Of a stretch of DNA of 42,300 nucleotides, positions 1 to 29,518 are shown piece by piece. The first letter of the stretch is position 1. Every line of letters begins with the position of its first letter. The DNA is taken from positions 1-42,300 of the forward strand of contig JAUCBJ010005583.1 of assembly GCA_032718475.1 (NCBI GenBank), read 5' to 3'. The translations under genes and the position numbers were made by a program. The notes under the pieces were generated by a model, which saw only the letters and a list, made by a program, of their open reading frames with translations, had not been told where the DNA came from and ran no database searches. Source of the DNA: Nemertoderma westbladi (taxonomy: Eukaryota; Animalia; Xenacoelomorpha).

Positions 1-65
1 GTTAAAAAAACTTGCCACTGTAACCTGCTCCTTTCCCTCGCTGTTAAAAAACATGGTTTGCTTAT

Positions 66-195
66 TTTGGGTATTTTGGGTAATTTTTAGCCTTTTTGGG
101 TATTTTGGGGTAATATTTGACTATTTTGGGGTATTTTGGAGTGTTTTGGGGTATTTTGGGGTGTTTTGGGTATTTTGGGGTAATTCGTAGGACCC
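66..195. mobile_element. Right end of a putative TIR transposon with subterminal (TATTTTGGG)n repeats; partner end is outside the window
   Basis: Degenerate 9-10 bp TATTTTGGG(G) repeats end in GTAGGACCC (187-195). Its reverse complement GGGTCCTAC is identical to the start of the repeat block at 10138. Confidence 0.45.
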
Positions 196-317
196 TTCTA
201 TAATAAAATTATTGAAATTTTTTAAAATTGTAGACAAATTTCAAATATTTTCATCGATTAGGACTAATGAAAAATGAAAACAATCACCCCAGGGCCTATA
301 TGGAATACTGACAAAAA

Positions 318-1150
318 GCGCGCCACACGCGTTCTGGTTAAACGAAAATCGCGCCAGCCATGATATCCAATGCGCGCCAAGCCAACAATTGACTATGAAA
401 TTTTGCAGTAATTGCTGAATTGTAATAATTTATCAGTTTATAATGCTGTAGCCCTACAGTCGACAGTATTTTAACAATAAAATGCGAGCGTAGCGAGCAA
501 GGAAATTTTCTAATAATGTTAACTAAACAGTAAATACAGTCTGACAGTACTGCTGTACTGCAGTAATGGTTACGGTACATAGTACCGTACTGTAGTAGCG
601 TAGTAGGTAAAGTAGTAGGTCAACGTCAACTGACTGTTTTTAAAAGTAGATGTGATGAAATTGCGTGTTGCGAGCGTAGCGAGCACGAAAATTTTAACAT
701 TTCAGCATTTAGAGTAGGCAAACCGACTGTTTTCAAATACAGATGTTATTAAATTGCGAGCGTAGCGAGCACGGAAATTCTGCTGAATCATGGTTTTATT
801 GGTTTAAGAATCTGACAATTGAAACACTTTTGAAACAAATCATGTTTTTAATGGCATGGTCATGCTCAATCTGTCCGTTTGTCCACCCAGCCAGACAGTG
901 CTAAGAGTAGGCTTGACAGTATAAACGCGAGCGAAGCGAGCGGAAATTTTTCAATCTTTTTAAACCTATGGAATAATTTCAAATAGAGCTGTATAGGAGT
1001 GGGATGTGTTGCCAGTGCACCGCTACGCTGCTACATCCTACCCTAACCCTACATCCATATTCGCGCCAGGACCACCAGGATCCTCAATGCGCGCCACACA
1101 CCACACGCCCCTGTCACTACGCGCCAGGATCCTTAATCCGCGCCACACAT
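318..1150. repeat. Unclassified interspersed repeat / MITE-like segment with recurring GCGAGCG(T/A)AGCGAGC and GCGCGCCA motifs
   Basis: GCGAGCGTAGCGAGC occurs at about 484, 670 and 755, and GCGAGCGAAGCGAGC at about 927. GCGCGCCA clusters sit at 318-380 and 1060-1147. No convincing TIR or TSD found. Confidence 0.35.
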
Positions 1151-1454
1151 GTTGAGCAAACTCTACATAAATTCCAACCTGGCCCCAGGGCACATAACAT
1201 TTGCGACAACATATTTATGGCTGATATTCATGACTCGCTGTATAAAACAAACCTTTTCTCAGTTTGTCTATTTTGACATTTATCAGTAAATTCCTACTTT
1301 ACTTCTTTACATTTTATTTTTCACTCAATTTTCATTAAACAGATACCAATATGTTCACCAGCTTTAGGACTACAATCGTGAGTATTTGTGTAAACATAGC
1401 CAATGGATGTTCTAAATCCGTTTTTGTGACAGCTACTTTTTGTATAACCCACCC

Positions 1455-1506
1455 AGTACTCTGCGTTGATACCACTGCTTAAGCAGTGGTATCAACGCAG
1501 AGTACT
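1455..1506. other. Sequencing-library adapter dimer (SMART/ISPCR-type, also used in low-input amplification); technical artefact
   Basis: AGTACTCTGCGTTGATACCACTGCTT (1455-1480) directly abuts AAGCAGTGGTATCAACGCAGAGTACT (1481-1506), forming a perfect 52-bp palindrome of a well-known synthetic oligo. Confidence 0.97.
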
Positions 1507-2145
1507 AACGATAATTCTTGCAATATTTGAACGCCTATTTCTCAGCTGTTTCTCAACGAAATTCAGATATTGTTACATGTTTGGAATCCTTGCAACGCAA
1601 GCTTTTTAATTATATGAAAAAATTACGACTAATGTGAAGAATGGCCACGATACGGAGGGTGCGATTTCGCAAAAGACACTTTTTTAAAACGCTTACAAAA
1701 AAAATTTAAAGGCAAAATCGAAAATTCCGGCTTCATGGGGTCATCTTTCCTAGGCCGATGAAAAAATGCTTTAATGTAGGCAATTAATGCGGACATTAAA
1801 GTCTTTATTGTCCACACTTTTTTTAACTGTACAGTAGGAACTCGAAAAACATTATGAATCCAACTAACAATACATTATATTATCCTCGTTCGTTCAAACC
1901 GTTTGTAATAACGTATATGGCATAAACCAGTCCATTACAAAATAAGTACCCCTACCAAACTATTTTTCTAGAATACTATATTTTAATGCTCACAGCAACC
2001 TAAATAATAGCGTCGCAACAGACAATCTAGTGTATTACTTCGAGTTATTATTTATATTCATGAAACGTTAACCATATCAGTACCGGGCTATAAAATGTTC
2101 TACAAATACCGGGGGGAGCACCATCCGCGCCCACTAACCATTTAA

Positions 2146-2327
2146 GGCCGCGTTCCCACTACCGAGTCAAAGTCAAAAGAAAATAAATATAGCTAGCTAG
2201 CAATAATAAATACTAATACATTATATAGGCCTAATATAATACATAATGGCGTTCTACTGTAGAAAAAAATAAATTTCTTGTTATTTTTTTTACATTTTGT
2301 CTTTGACTCGGTAGTGCGAACGCGGCC
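2146..2327. mobile_element. PIF/Harbinger (Tourist-like) MITE, 182 bp
   Basis: 33-bp TIRs GGCCGCGTTC(C/G)CACTACCGAGTCAAAG(T/A)CAAAA with 2 mismatches, an AT-rich core, and a TAA TSD at 2143-2145 and 2328-2330. Confidence 0.88.
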
Positions 2328-4770
2328 TAAGACTAAAGAAATATTACCTGTACGATTGTGATTATTACTATATAATTAGGAGCGCGTAAAAACAGATACC
2401 TATCCATTGCAAACCAATGACTGTCCATTTGCATTCGTAATGCAGATCAGAAATAAAGTTTCGGTTCTACAGTATAGAAAGGTCACCAACTATTAAAATA
2501 TGACACACATGACTTTTTCGCCACATATATCACACAGGTGTTGAAGGTATAAGACTGTTATAACGGTTCCAGGTAAACCGACCGTATGTTAATCGTGTAT
2601 GAGAAAAGCTCCCCCTCTATTAATTCAGCTAATTCCACATAAGAGGGTACGTCATTTGTTAAATGAGGAAGCTCTAAGGTGCGTGGAACAGACCATTACA
2701 AACACAGACCCTATTGTCAAAAACACTAAACCATCTGTTTTTGCCACTGAGATCAATGTTAAGAGAGACTCTACTATTTTAGAAGGTGGTCTTGAGTGAG
2801 TCCCATATTACCAATAAACTCATTTCGAATTATGAATATCGAATGAAAGAACAACTTGGTCCGGATACCAACATATTCTTAATGAAAGCGTCGCAGAACC
2901 CTGCAGTGGGGAATTCATACGCGATTGTGTATATATGTAGCAACCGCGGATTTCTGTACCAAATTTATACTGAGACACAACTAACAGCGGCTGTTATATA
3001 TTATTATCCATATACTCCTCATTCATTTCCACTCGGTGCTGACACAGTGTTTATTATACTGTATGTTTACCATATCAAATAGCTGTTGGGTTCACGTGTT
3101 ACAGGCTAACACTATTAGGAGACCCTGTGGCTTTGGACACAGGTAGGTAGGTTGTTGTATTGCAACCGCTTTCTGACACTATCCTTCAGAACTAGCGATT
3201 TCTAACGCATTTGAACATTTGTTTCCAAAGGCAAAACTTCTCCGGTATTTATCACATTTATACTCGCGCTCGTGAAATTGGTCTTCAAAAACATACAATT
3301 GCAGAAATCAAGAAAGATGTAAGTGCCTTGACTCTTACTGTAGTGATTACATGTTAATGTATACGTTTGACTTTGTTGGGAATTACACATCGGAGGGTAT
3401 AAATTCTCGAATTTTGGACTATCTACTGTAGTTGATTCCAACTTACCTGTGATTGGTAAGAACTGTAATATTTCACTTCTAGAAAGAAAGTTTGAATAGA
3501 ACCGCTTGTGGAAGTTAGTTAAATCCCAAGAATCCAGCTGTCCAGTATTATGAAAGGGTTAATGGGGATTGGTAATTATAAATTGAATTACAATGGCCGC
3601 CGTTTTCGTTTACAAAACTTATTACTTGGCAAAAGTGAAACTCGTTATTATTCGTGATCGCACTTCAGGATGTGATCAAGATGAAACTACAGAATCGATA
3701 TCGACGCTCTTAGGGATGACACCATAAACAGCACGTTCCTACTCTTATTCCTGAGGCCGAAATATGCATTCCCGTCAGTGTTACTGATCCTGAAATCATC
3801 CCATTTCAACAATTAACCGAGAGTATTAGTTGTCTAAATGATGGAGAAAGTATGTTTATAGACGTCCCTCCTACTCCTACTGAAAGGAACGAATACATTC
3901 AGAGTATTTCAGAAATTGAACTAGTACAAGGCATTTTGATGATTTGTCAATTCTGAGAAAGTGTATGTTGAACCAAGGATTGTCGTCTGTGTTGATCAGT
4001 AATGTCATCACCCAAGCTCGTGAACTTGTTGTAGAGGGATACGTGGTTTGGTCATCGTGGTGGGTGGTGATGATATTATAGGTAACTCTAATTCTGAGAG
4101 AAAAGTTTATTAAATTTCTAGAAGATCATTAAAATTTGGCATATCGTACTCATGCACTTGGGGTATTTAGCCAACCGTACATACTGTACTTGCTCCCATA
4201 TCGTTGCAGGTGCGATGACTATAATACTCGGCCTATACATCTTTTTATTAGGGGGTTATCACGTTATCAAGTGAAATTACAATAATATCTTTGGAACTAC
4301 ACCAACCTACATGGTAGCCTCTGTAGGCTATACATCTACCCAAAAGTTATACCCCCTCCTGCCCTCTCTTTGTTGTACTTCCGGTACTGGTGCTGCTGTA
4401 GCTGTAGGCTGTTAGGCATAGGCCTACTGAAGCTGTTTCTGTGTTTAGTTTTAGTACTGTCAGACTGTACTCTGGTACTGTTGTAACTAGCGCTTAGATG
4501 TTGAATGTACAACTCAGAAATCAGCCACTCAGGTAATAGGAATAACCTCATTTAATATGCCTATTAGCCAATTAGGAGACAACTGCTACACAAGGTATTT
4601 AATTATTTATTAATTATTATATTGATTTATTGATACTTGGAGTTGAGTTGCCGCGATACAATAGTAAACTATATTGAAGAAGATTAAGGATATTCATTTG
4701 ATCTGTTGATACTGCGGATTATACTGTATTGAATAAGTCTAAAGATATTCAATCCGGGTTACAATACAAG

Positions 4771-5898
4771 ATGTCGACTGCCAGTGCCACAATTGATAGG
4801 CAGACCAGCTCTCCAAGCAACATAAGAGTATCCCTAATCGGTTCGTCAAAATCTACAGCAACGCGAACTTCGGCTGGGAACACCACCAATAAAACCAAAC
4901 AAAATAACACAATGTCCCAACGGACATCTACTGATGGTTACTGCGCGTCTGCGAACACAATTTCCACAGTATCCCAGAGGAAAAAAGCAAAACCGAGAGA
5001 ATGGACCACCACAAAGATTGAATGCTCCCTCTGCCAAATTACCTGGACTGAAATTGAAACACAGGTGGCTGTTGAGCTTGACATATCCTCACAAAACTTT
5101 CTTTGCGGTGTGTGTTCTGCTCAAAAGATTGAAAAGTTGGAAGCTGATCAAACTACCCTACTGATAGACAACAGCAACCTATCGAAACAACTAGTCCATC
5201 TGAGAAACTTAACAAATGATGTTCGCAACGATACATCACAACATACTTCAACAATAAATGAACTCGATGCAACCTTAACAAATAAGATTGATTCATTCCA
5301 AATTGCGACAACAAATAAACTGGCCGAACTACAATACAGGTTAGAAAATACTGACGCTTTCAAGGTCGACTCAACTCGTCGTATGGATGATCTTTCAGCA
5401 ATTGTACATGAATTAAAGCCACCTGACTGTACCCCAACATGGACAGACATGGTAAAGAAAAACTGTGATGAATTAAAGATGATCAATGACAAAATTTCCA
5501 ACCCTACAAACATCACCAGAGAATTCAATGCAGCTGGAGTTGAAAAAATTATCAAGCAAAATGCTATGAGGAAGTTCAATGTCATTATCAATAAAATGCC
5601 TGGTGACCTATCAGGGAGCAACATGGAAGATCAACATCATTGTGACAGTGCTTTTCTCGAGAAAGCTCTAGGCGAGAAGCTACACTTCCGAACAATTACA
5701 CATCTTGGTAAGAAAAGGGATGATGGACGATCCCGACCTGTATTACTATCATTTAACACCGAGGCTGATGCATCTAACTTAATTGCAAAACGGTACTTTA
5801 GTGTCAATCAAGAGCGTATATATTTCAATAGAGACTTATCCGAGTTTGAGCGACAACTTGCATATAAACAACGAGTCAAGCATCGTGAACAATTCTAA
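4771..5898 (+). CDS. LINE ORF1 protein (Cys-pair zinc-finger-like region, coiled coil, RRM/CTD-like C-terminus)
   Basis: Contains CSLC...CGVC, a heptad-rich middle, and the RKFNVII, HLGKK...RPVLLSF and IYFNRDLS motifs typical of LINE ORF1p. Lies directly upstream of EN-RT. First ATG is at 4771; the frame is open from 4729. Confidence 0.8.
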   Translation: MSTASATIDRQTSSPSNIRVSLIGSSKSTATRTSAGNTTNKTKQNNTMSQRTSTDGYCASANTISTVSQRKKAKPREWTTTKIECSLCQITWTEIETQVAVELDISSQNFLCGVCSAQKIEKLEADQTTLLIDNSNLSKQLVHLRNLTNDVRNDTSQHTSTINELDATLTNKIDSFQIATTNKLAELQYRLENTDAFKVDSTRRMDDLSAIVHELKPPDCTPTWTDMVKKNCDELKMINDKISNPTNITREFNAAGVEKIIKQNAMRKFNVIINKMPGDLSGSNMEDQHHCDSAFLEKALGEKLHFRTITHLGKKRDDGRSRPVLLSFNTEADASNLIAKRYFSVNQERIYFNRDLSEFERQLAYKQRVKHREQF

Positions 5899-6026
5899 GA
5901 CGGCGACACCTCCAAACAACAGCTGCAAATGGAAATCCACAAAACCCATTTGATATTTTAGATTGACTATCACCGCGCCACTATGTTGACCCAAAAGATT
6001 CTCCTTATCCTCCTCTCTATGAATGG

Positions 6027-9000
6027 TTGAGTCAATTTGACTCCAGGGGAGTCTATGTAGCCCATAATATGGGCTTGCTTCCTATGATTCCTGAACTAAA
6101 ATGTATATTAGAACCAGGCTCAATTGATATTCTCACGATTTCTGAGTCATGGCTTAATGATTCTATCACTAATGCCGAAATTGGTATTCTTGGATATAAT
6201 ATCTTTAGGCGCGATAGGAATAGAAATGGAGGTGGAGTCGCTATCTATATCAACTCAAGTCTTGTATTTGATGTTCTAGAATGGAGTTACAATTGCACAT
6301 CTGAGGTTCTATTTGGTGAAATATCACTACCTAGCACAAAGACAATTCTGCTTGGTGTGGTATACCAACCTGACAGTGACAAAAACATGTTTGACAATCT
6401 GGTCTCATTCCTTGGCGATACCTCAAAATACGGCGAGATAATCATTCTGGGGGATACTAACATAGACCTGTTAGGTAACTACAAATGCATACCATCCCCC
6501 CTTGCTACCGATGGCCTCCTGCAAAGCCTATACAGCTTCACCAATGCACTTGGTCTCTGCCAGTTAATAACTGAAGCAACTCGGGTCACAGCTTCTACAG
6601 CCACATTAATTGACCATGCCTTTGTTTCGCAACCAAATATGATTACAAGCAGAGGAGTTATTAAGGAATGTCTAAGTGACCACTACATAATTTTTGTTAC
6701 AAGAAAAAGACAAAAACCAAAACCAGCTATTCCCCTGACTAGTAACTGCCGTTCTTACTCAACTTACTCCAAAGAGATATTGCTCGAAAAACTGACAAAT
6801 AATACATCCCTACGAGATTTGCCATATACAACAGATGTCAATACTGCAGCAACCATAGTGGATAATGTGTTAACAAGTATTTTAGACGAAATTGCTCCTT
6901 TTCGGAAATGCCACATAAAATCTTTCTCACAACCATGGGTTGATAGGGAGGTGAAAGAAGCAATCATCGCCTGCAATAGAGCGTCTCTCAAACTCCACAA
7001 TGAAAGAACACTCCTAAACCAGGAGGCCTTTAGAGTCCTAAGAAACAAAGCAACCAACCTCATAAAATGTAAAAAGGTATCATACATTAGTCTACAATTG
7101 ACAAATGCAACTGGTGATAGCAAGAAACTGTGGAAAGTTCTTAAGACTATCGGTCCTCCTACTAGAAAGCAAGGAGCCCAGTCCAAGACAACCACTAAAA
7201 GCCTTTTAATTGATGGCGAAATTTCACATGATCCATCGAAAGTCTGCGAGTACCTCAATACCTACTTCACTAATATTGCAAAAGAACTAGTATCAGCAAT
7301 GCCTAAACCACCAGGCCGTTATGGCTTTGAATCTACATTGGAATACTACAAGGGACTCGGAGTAATGGAGAACGCGTTCAGCCTGCACCCAGTTGAAGAG
7401 GATGACATTGCCAACATATTCTCTAAGATTGACCCCTGTAAAGCTGGAGGCCCTGATGGTATCCCTTCACGCATAATCATTGTTGGGCAATAGCGCTGAT
7501 AAAACCGTTTACCCACTTAGTCAACTTGTCTATCTCATCTTCAATCTTTCCTGATAACTATAAAATAGCTCGTGTAGTCCCTGCTCATAAAAAAGGTCCA
7601 GTGATAATCAGCGGTAATAACAGGCCCCTTTCCAACCTTCTAATACTGTCGAAAATACTTGAACACATTGCATATGACCAAATGTTTTTCTATGTAACTT
7701 CAAAACACCTTATGAATAAGTTCCAGTCTGGATTTCGACCTATGTTCTCCACTGATAGAACACTCTTATTGGTTGATAACTACATCAGAGAAGCAATCGA
7801 CCATGGCCTACAAACTGGTATGATACTTATTGATTTTCGCAAAGCGTTTGATACTCTAAACCATGGCATCATAATACAAAAACTGAGAGCTATAGGTGCC
7901 GACCCAGCTACACAGAGTTGGTTTAAATCGTACCTAAACGGTCGGATGCAATACGTCGACATTGGTACTGCTACTTCAACTCCACAGGTAGTCGATGATG
8001 GTGTGCCTCAAGGCGCAATGTTGGCAGTATTGTTATTTGGTTTAGCAATTAACGACTTTGACCAAATATTACCTTCATCCATGAACAGTAAAGACATCTG
8101 TCGCTCAGCCTGTTCGATCCCAGACTCCTCCCCTATAGCAACTCCAACCTCTGACGATTCCATCCTGCCCCCTAAATTTGCCGATGATGTTGATCTCCTC
8201 ACTGCCAATAGCTGTGTTCAGGCAATATCGTCAACACTATCTGCCACCATGGACAAAGTATCAGACTGGTGCCTTGACAACAGACTGAGTATTAACTTTG
8301 AGAAAACCGAATGTATTTTATTTGGAACTCATCAGAGATTAGAAGCTGCACCGTATCCCTTAGTGGTATACTGCAATGGAAACCGTATATCTACAAAGAA
8401 AGCAGTAACCTACCTAGGAGCCACCATAAATGAATCCCTTACTGGTATGGAAATGGTGCTTAGAGTATTAAAAAAAGGAAACTCGCGTATACGCTTCCTT
8501 CATCGACATGGTGCCATCCTCGACCGCTCCCTTAGACGACTACTTTGCAACTCACTCATCCAGCCACATATTGACTATGCTGCACCCACTTGGTTTTTCA
8601 CCATCACAAAGAAACTTCGAATTAATGTTGAAGCCCTTCAAAGAAAATGCATCTGTTTCTGCCTCGGTCTTGGCCCTCGTATCCATATTAATGCTACACA
8701 TTTTGTTGCAATAAACTGGCTTCCCCTCCGCGAGCGAGTGCAATCAGTTATTTTATCACACATGTTTAGAGTCAGAAACGGCCTCTCGCCAGAGTACATG
8801 AACGACATGGTCACTTTCAATGAAGGACAAAGCAGTCTCCGCTCTTCTCAAGATAGGGCATTGATTCCCGATCGAAAGACAATTTATGGACAGACCACTT
8901 TCAGATTCTATGGTCCCAAACTATGGAATGCACTCCCAAAGGTTCTAACTGAATGCTCTTCATTAGTAACATTTAAACATAAACTGAAGGACTACTTACT

Positions 9001-9046
9001 GACTAAGATCGAAGATGACGACTCATCCATCTTTCTCTATATTTAA
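6027..9046 (+). pseudogene. LINE ORF2 (APE endonuclease + reverse transcriptase) split by one frameshift near 7485
   Basis: EN motifs ISESWL, RRDRNRNGGGV, LGDTNID, LIDH and SDH lie in 6027-7493. RT motifs QSGFR, DFRKAFD, GVPQG, FADD and YLG lie in 7526-9046 in a different frame. Confidence 0.9.
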
Positions 9047-10137
9047 TTTTTAACGAATTTTAGACAGACCGATACAATAATATCTCTATTTATTTAATTT
9101 TTAACGTATTTTAGATTGATAATATATACTACTCTTGTTATTATCTCAGGCTTAGACCTTCGTTCACACAATACTTACGTTCTCTATGGTTCCAACCCAT
9201 CTACAAAATATACTGTAGAGTGTCTACCTTTTATTTCAATTTTATCTGTTTTTTTTTACTCTTAGATAAACCACAGTATCTACCTTTAATTCAATTTTAT
9301 CTGCTTTTTACTCTTTTATATACTTACCGCTAATTATATTCACAGATATTTATTTTATTCGAGTTTTATTCTGGACCCTCACGGAAACGAGGTGAAACCT
9401 CATGAGGCCATCCACACGTCACTACATACGCTATCCTTCTTGTTTTTACAGTACGTTACATTAATTATATTTACACTCATATTTACATAGATAGATAGAA
9501 TTTATTGACAATTAATATGATTTATATAGCACATATATATCATATATATATATAGATAGATATATATCATCATACATATCTACATTTATATTCACTACAT
9601 ACGATATCCTTCTTGTTTATACTGTACATTACATTAATTATATTTTACCTACGCTTGTGATGTTGAGAGTTGAGACCCATTTGTTTTAAAAATAATGCAA
9701 TTGTGCAACATCTCTCATGTTACCGTGCCATAATGGTATGTACAGTACACTACTATGCATAGTTATATAATATTCATTGTTGTTTCTCATCGTTGTTTCG
9801 CTTTACATTGCGATTTTATCTGTTTAGTGCATATAATTTGTTGTTGACGTAGAAAAATCAAATCAAATTAAAGATTTATAAAATAAGCAGACTGATAGCT
9901 CGCTGCCCGTTCTGCCGTTATTTCAACAATACCGGTCTGCCGGTACAGCAGCCATAGAATGTTAACACAACACAGTCAGACAGTAATTATTGTTTATTAC
10001 TGCTGTACTGTACCGGTACTGTCATGACTGTATTCTGTATTTATTGTAAGGGCATATGTACTGTATTATAAATTTTGAAGTTATTAACTTCTCTCTGTCT
10101 CTTGCAGTCTTGTCTGTTCGGCCTTCCATACTGTGCG

Positions 10138-10290
10138 GGGTCCTACTAAATACTACAAAAAGCACAAAACAAGCACAAAAAAGCACAAAAAAGTCAAGAA
10201 AAGCACAAAAAAACACAAAAAAAGCACAAAAAAGCACAAAAAAGGTAAAAAAAGCACAAAAAAGTAAAAAAAAAAGCACAAAAAAGCAAA
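10138..10290. repeat. Solo TIR-like end GGGTCCTAC followed by a (AAAAAAGCAC)n subterminal array
   Basis: Roughly 13 degenerate 10-bp A-rich units follow GGGTCCTACTAAATAC. The terminal 9-mer is the same as the end at 187-195. No partner end was found downstream. Confidence 0.5.
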
Positions 10291-12690
10291 CTGATCGTTT
10301 ATTGAGCTTGTAATAGAACAGATGATAGAAGCAATATCATGTAGTGCAGTAGTGTCTAGGCTACCGGAAGGATAATCACATGTCCAGTATGCTTTCATGT
10401 CATATAGCTGCCAGTGAGTGAGCAGAGCACCAGCACGAGCACTTACATAGGTACAGCCCTACCACGAGCACCCAAGTGCAATATCAGGCTAATGTCAGAA
10501 TGTAAAGATGGTTCAATTCAAATATCAGGATAGAACTTATAATACTGTAATAGACTTTGTTATTGTCACATTATGTCAACTTATCAGCGTTCTGGTTAAT
10601 TACTTTAATTTATTCACCGATAAATCGACATACTGTAGGCCTCTTATGTATTTATTGTAGCAGGGCCTAGGCCTATGTATTATTAATTAGGGCCTAGGCG
10701 GAGGCCTTCTTCTGTAATGAACTCTCAGTTTTTGTTAGCCTATCGCAATGACAGAATGAAATCGCCTTCCCTGTCTTACAGGCAACAGGTAGCGGTAGGC
10801 CTACCAGCTAAGAGATGTGACATTACCAACCTACCCCAAGCTGCCAAGTGATAATCTGAGAAATCAGGAAGGGCAGTGAATGAATGGCAATAATTTGATA
10901 TAACTAACCCTCCTAAACAAAACAGTAAAGTAACTTATACCAATATTAATGATCTCAGTTCTGCAGTTATAGAAACACTTTCTGATAAAAAAATCTTAGT
11001 TATACACAAAAAAAGAAACTTAAAGAAAGTAACTTATTTAGTCATTAGTATCCACTCCTCAGTCAGTAATAATGAGTTGCAGGATTTTTCTTATCGGATT
11101 AATAGGGTGCCGACTGGCCGATATTCAATATTCCTAATTCCAGAATTCTAACACGATTGCTGTGCTGTGGCTGTCACACCAGGCTGCCAGGCAGGCCAGC
11201 AGGCGTATGTATGTACTAACTGACTAAGGTGGCGACCTATTGGATAATATATAATGAGGTTATTGAGTGGCTGATTTCTGAGTTGTAGATTCAACATCTA
11301 CAATCTAAGCGCTAGTGGCTAGTCTGTCAGTCTGTTGTAGTCAGGCTGTCAGGTACGGTAGACAGGTAGAAGTAGAAAGTACATCAACACACAGGCATAG
11401 CACATAGTACACTAGTACCGGTACTATTAACTAACTGCAAACTGAAAACTGCAGAAGACAGGCAAATAGGCCCTCACTACCCTACTGTACATATTCAAAT
11501 GTTGTCCAAGTATTGCCGTGTGTATATAGTTTATTGAGTTATTTTTATAATATAATATATGTATCGGGTTTTTTAAAAAAAAACACTAGTACAGTAGTAT
11601 TACCACCGACTAACCGACTAACCCTGTAACCAGGCGCGCAATACTGCAATATTCAGATATTGAACAATATTCCGGTACCACACATCTGCCTGTCTGCACA
11701 TGGACCGCAAAAATCCACCCAATAAGCAATTCAATTCACCCAAAGTAATCGGTGTCCAGTAGTTTAATGAAAACGCTGAAACGATAGTGTTTGTCAGTGT
11801 CTAAATTTTATGATACAGTAAATAGGGACTGTAAATGTAATACAGTAATAGCAATACAGCAATAGGCAGATAGGCCTATGTAACAGAACAGTGTAGGTAG
11901 GTAGGCGGTAGGCCTAATGCTGTAATGTCAGGATGTCAGAATGTAATACAGTCAGACAGTCAGACAGTTCGTTTGTAATACAGTAATCTGGTAATGGCGT
12001 AAGTCGATGACAGGCTGAGCACGTTACAGCGTTACGTCGTTACAGTGTTACCGGTCTGCCGGTATAACCTGATAACTGTTGACTGTAAATTTTATTATTT
12101 TATGCTGTTTCCTGGTTTCAGTGTTTACTTGTTTCTTGTTTACTTATTTCAGTATTTCGCTGTTATGACTATGACTGTGTTGTCTACGGACACCAAACTG
12201 CCAAATAATATAATATAATATAGTTAGCCGAATCTGCTAATAGCATTATTTTTTTACTTACAGTCAGGCATCAGCTGATCAGGCAGTCCATCAGTCTGGC
12301 AGTACAGCAGTCTGGCAGTCAGGCAGTAACCATACTGCCATAAGCCATACTGCCATGATATAGGCTGATAGGCCTACTGATACATAATTAACTCAACTCA
12401 TTCAGTCATTGACTCAGCATAGCTGCATAGTAGCATACTGGCATAGGCCTACTTAATACTGTAATATTATTACGGTATTATAGCTGTAACCCCAAACAGC
12501 GTACCGGTACTGCAATAGCCTGATAGCAGAATAATCTGATACTGATAGTCAGATCACAGATAGAAGGATATTGGACATGCACTGGAAAGGTACTGCACCC
12601 TTAAAAAATGCCCTGCCACTGCTGTCAGCCTGCCGGCCCGATCAATACTACTGCTTTAATCTATCTTTGGTATCTGTGGGATAATCAGCG

Positions 12691-29518
<16,828 letters not shown>

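Larger units (their letters stand above)
4600..9872 (+). mobile_element. Near full-length two-ORF non-LTR retrotransposon of the CR1/L2 group (Crack/Daphne-like); 5' boundary approximate
   Basis: ORF1 plus EN-RT ORF2, a long AT-rich 3' UTR with a conserved stem-loop (9373-9413), and a short (AAATC)n tail at about 9855-9869. Confidence 0.85.

Noticed and set aside
287-1191. Element bounded by a CCCCAGGGC direct repeat acting as TSD
   Set aside because: No convincing terminal inverted repeats lie inside the direct repeats.
1455-1506. Biological palindrome (hairpin telomere or miRNA precursor)
   Set aside because: It is an exact match to a synthetic adapter sequence.
2599-4240. Short ORFs or a decayed coding region
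   Set aside because: No recognisable motifs or consistent frame. It may be an old TE remnant, but this cannot be supported without a search.
10022-10398. Lys-rich histone-H1-like and Phe-rich membrane-like ORFs
   Set aside because: They are by-products of an A-rich 10-bp repeat, with no domain evidence.
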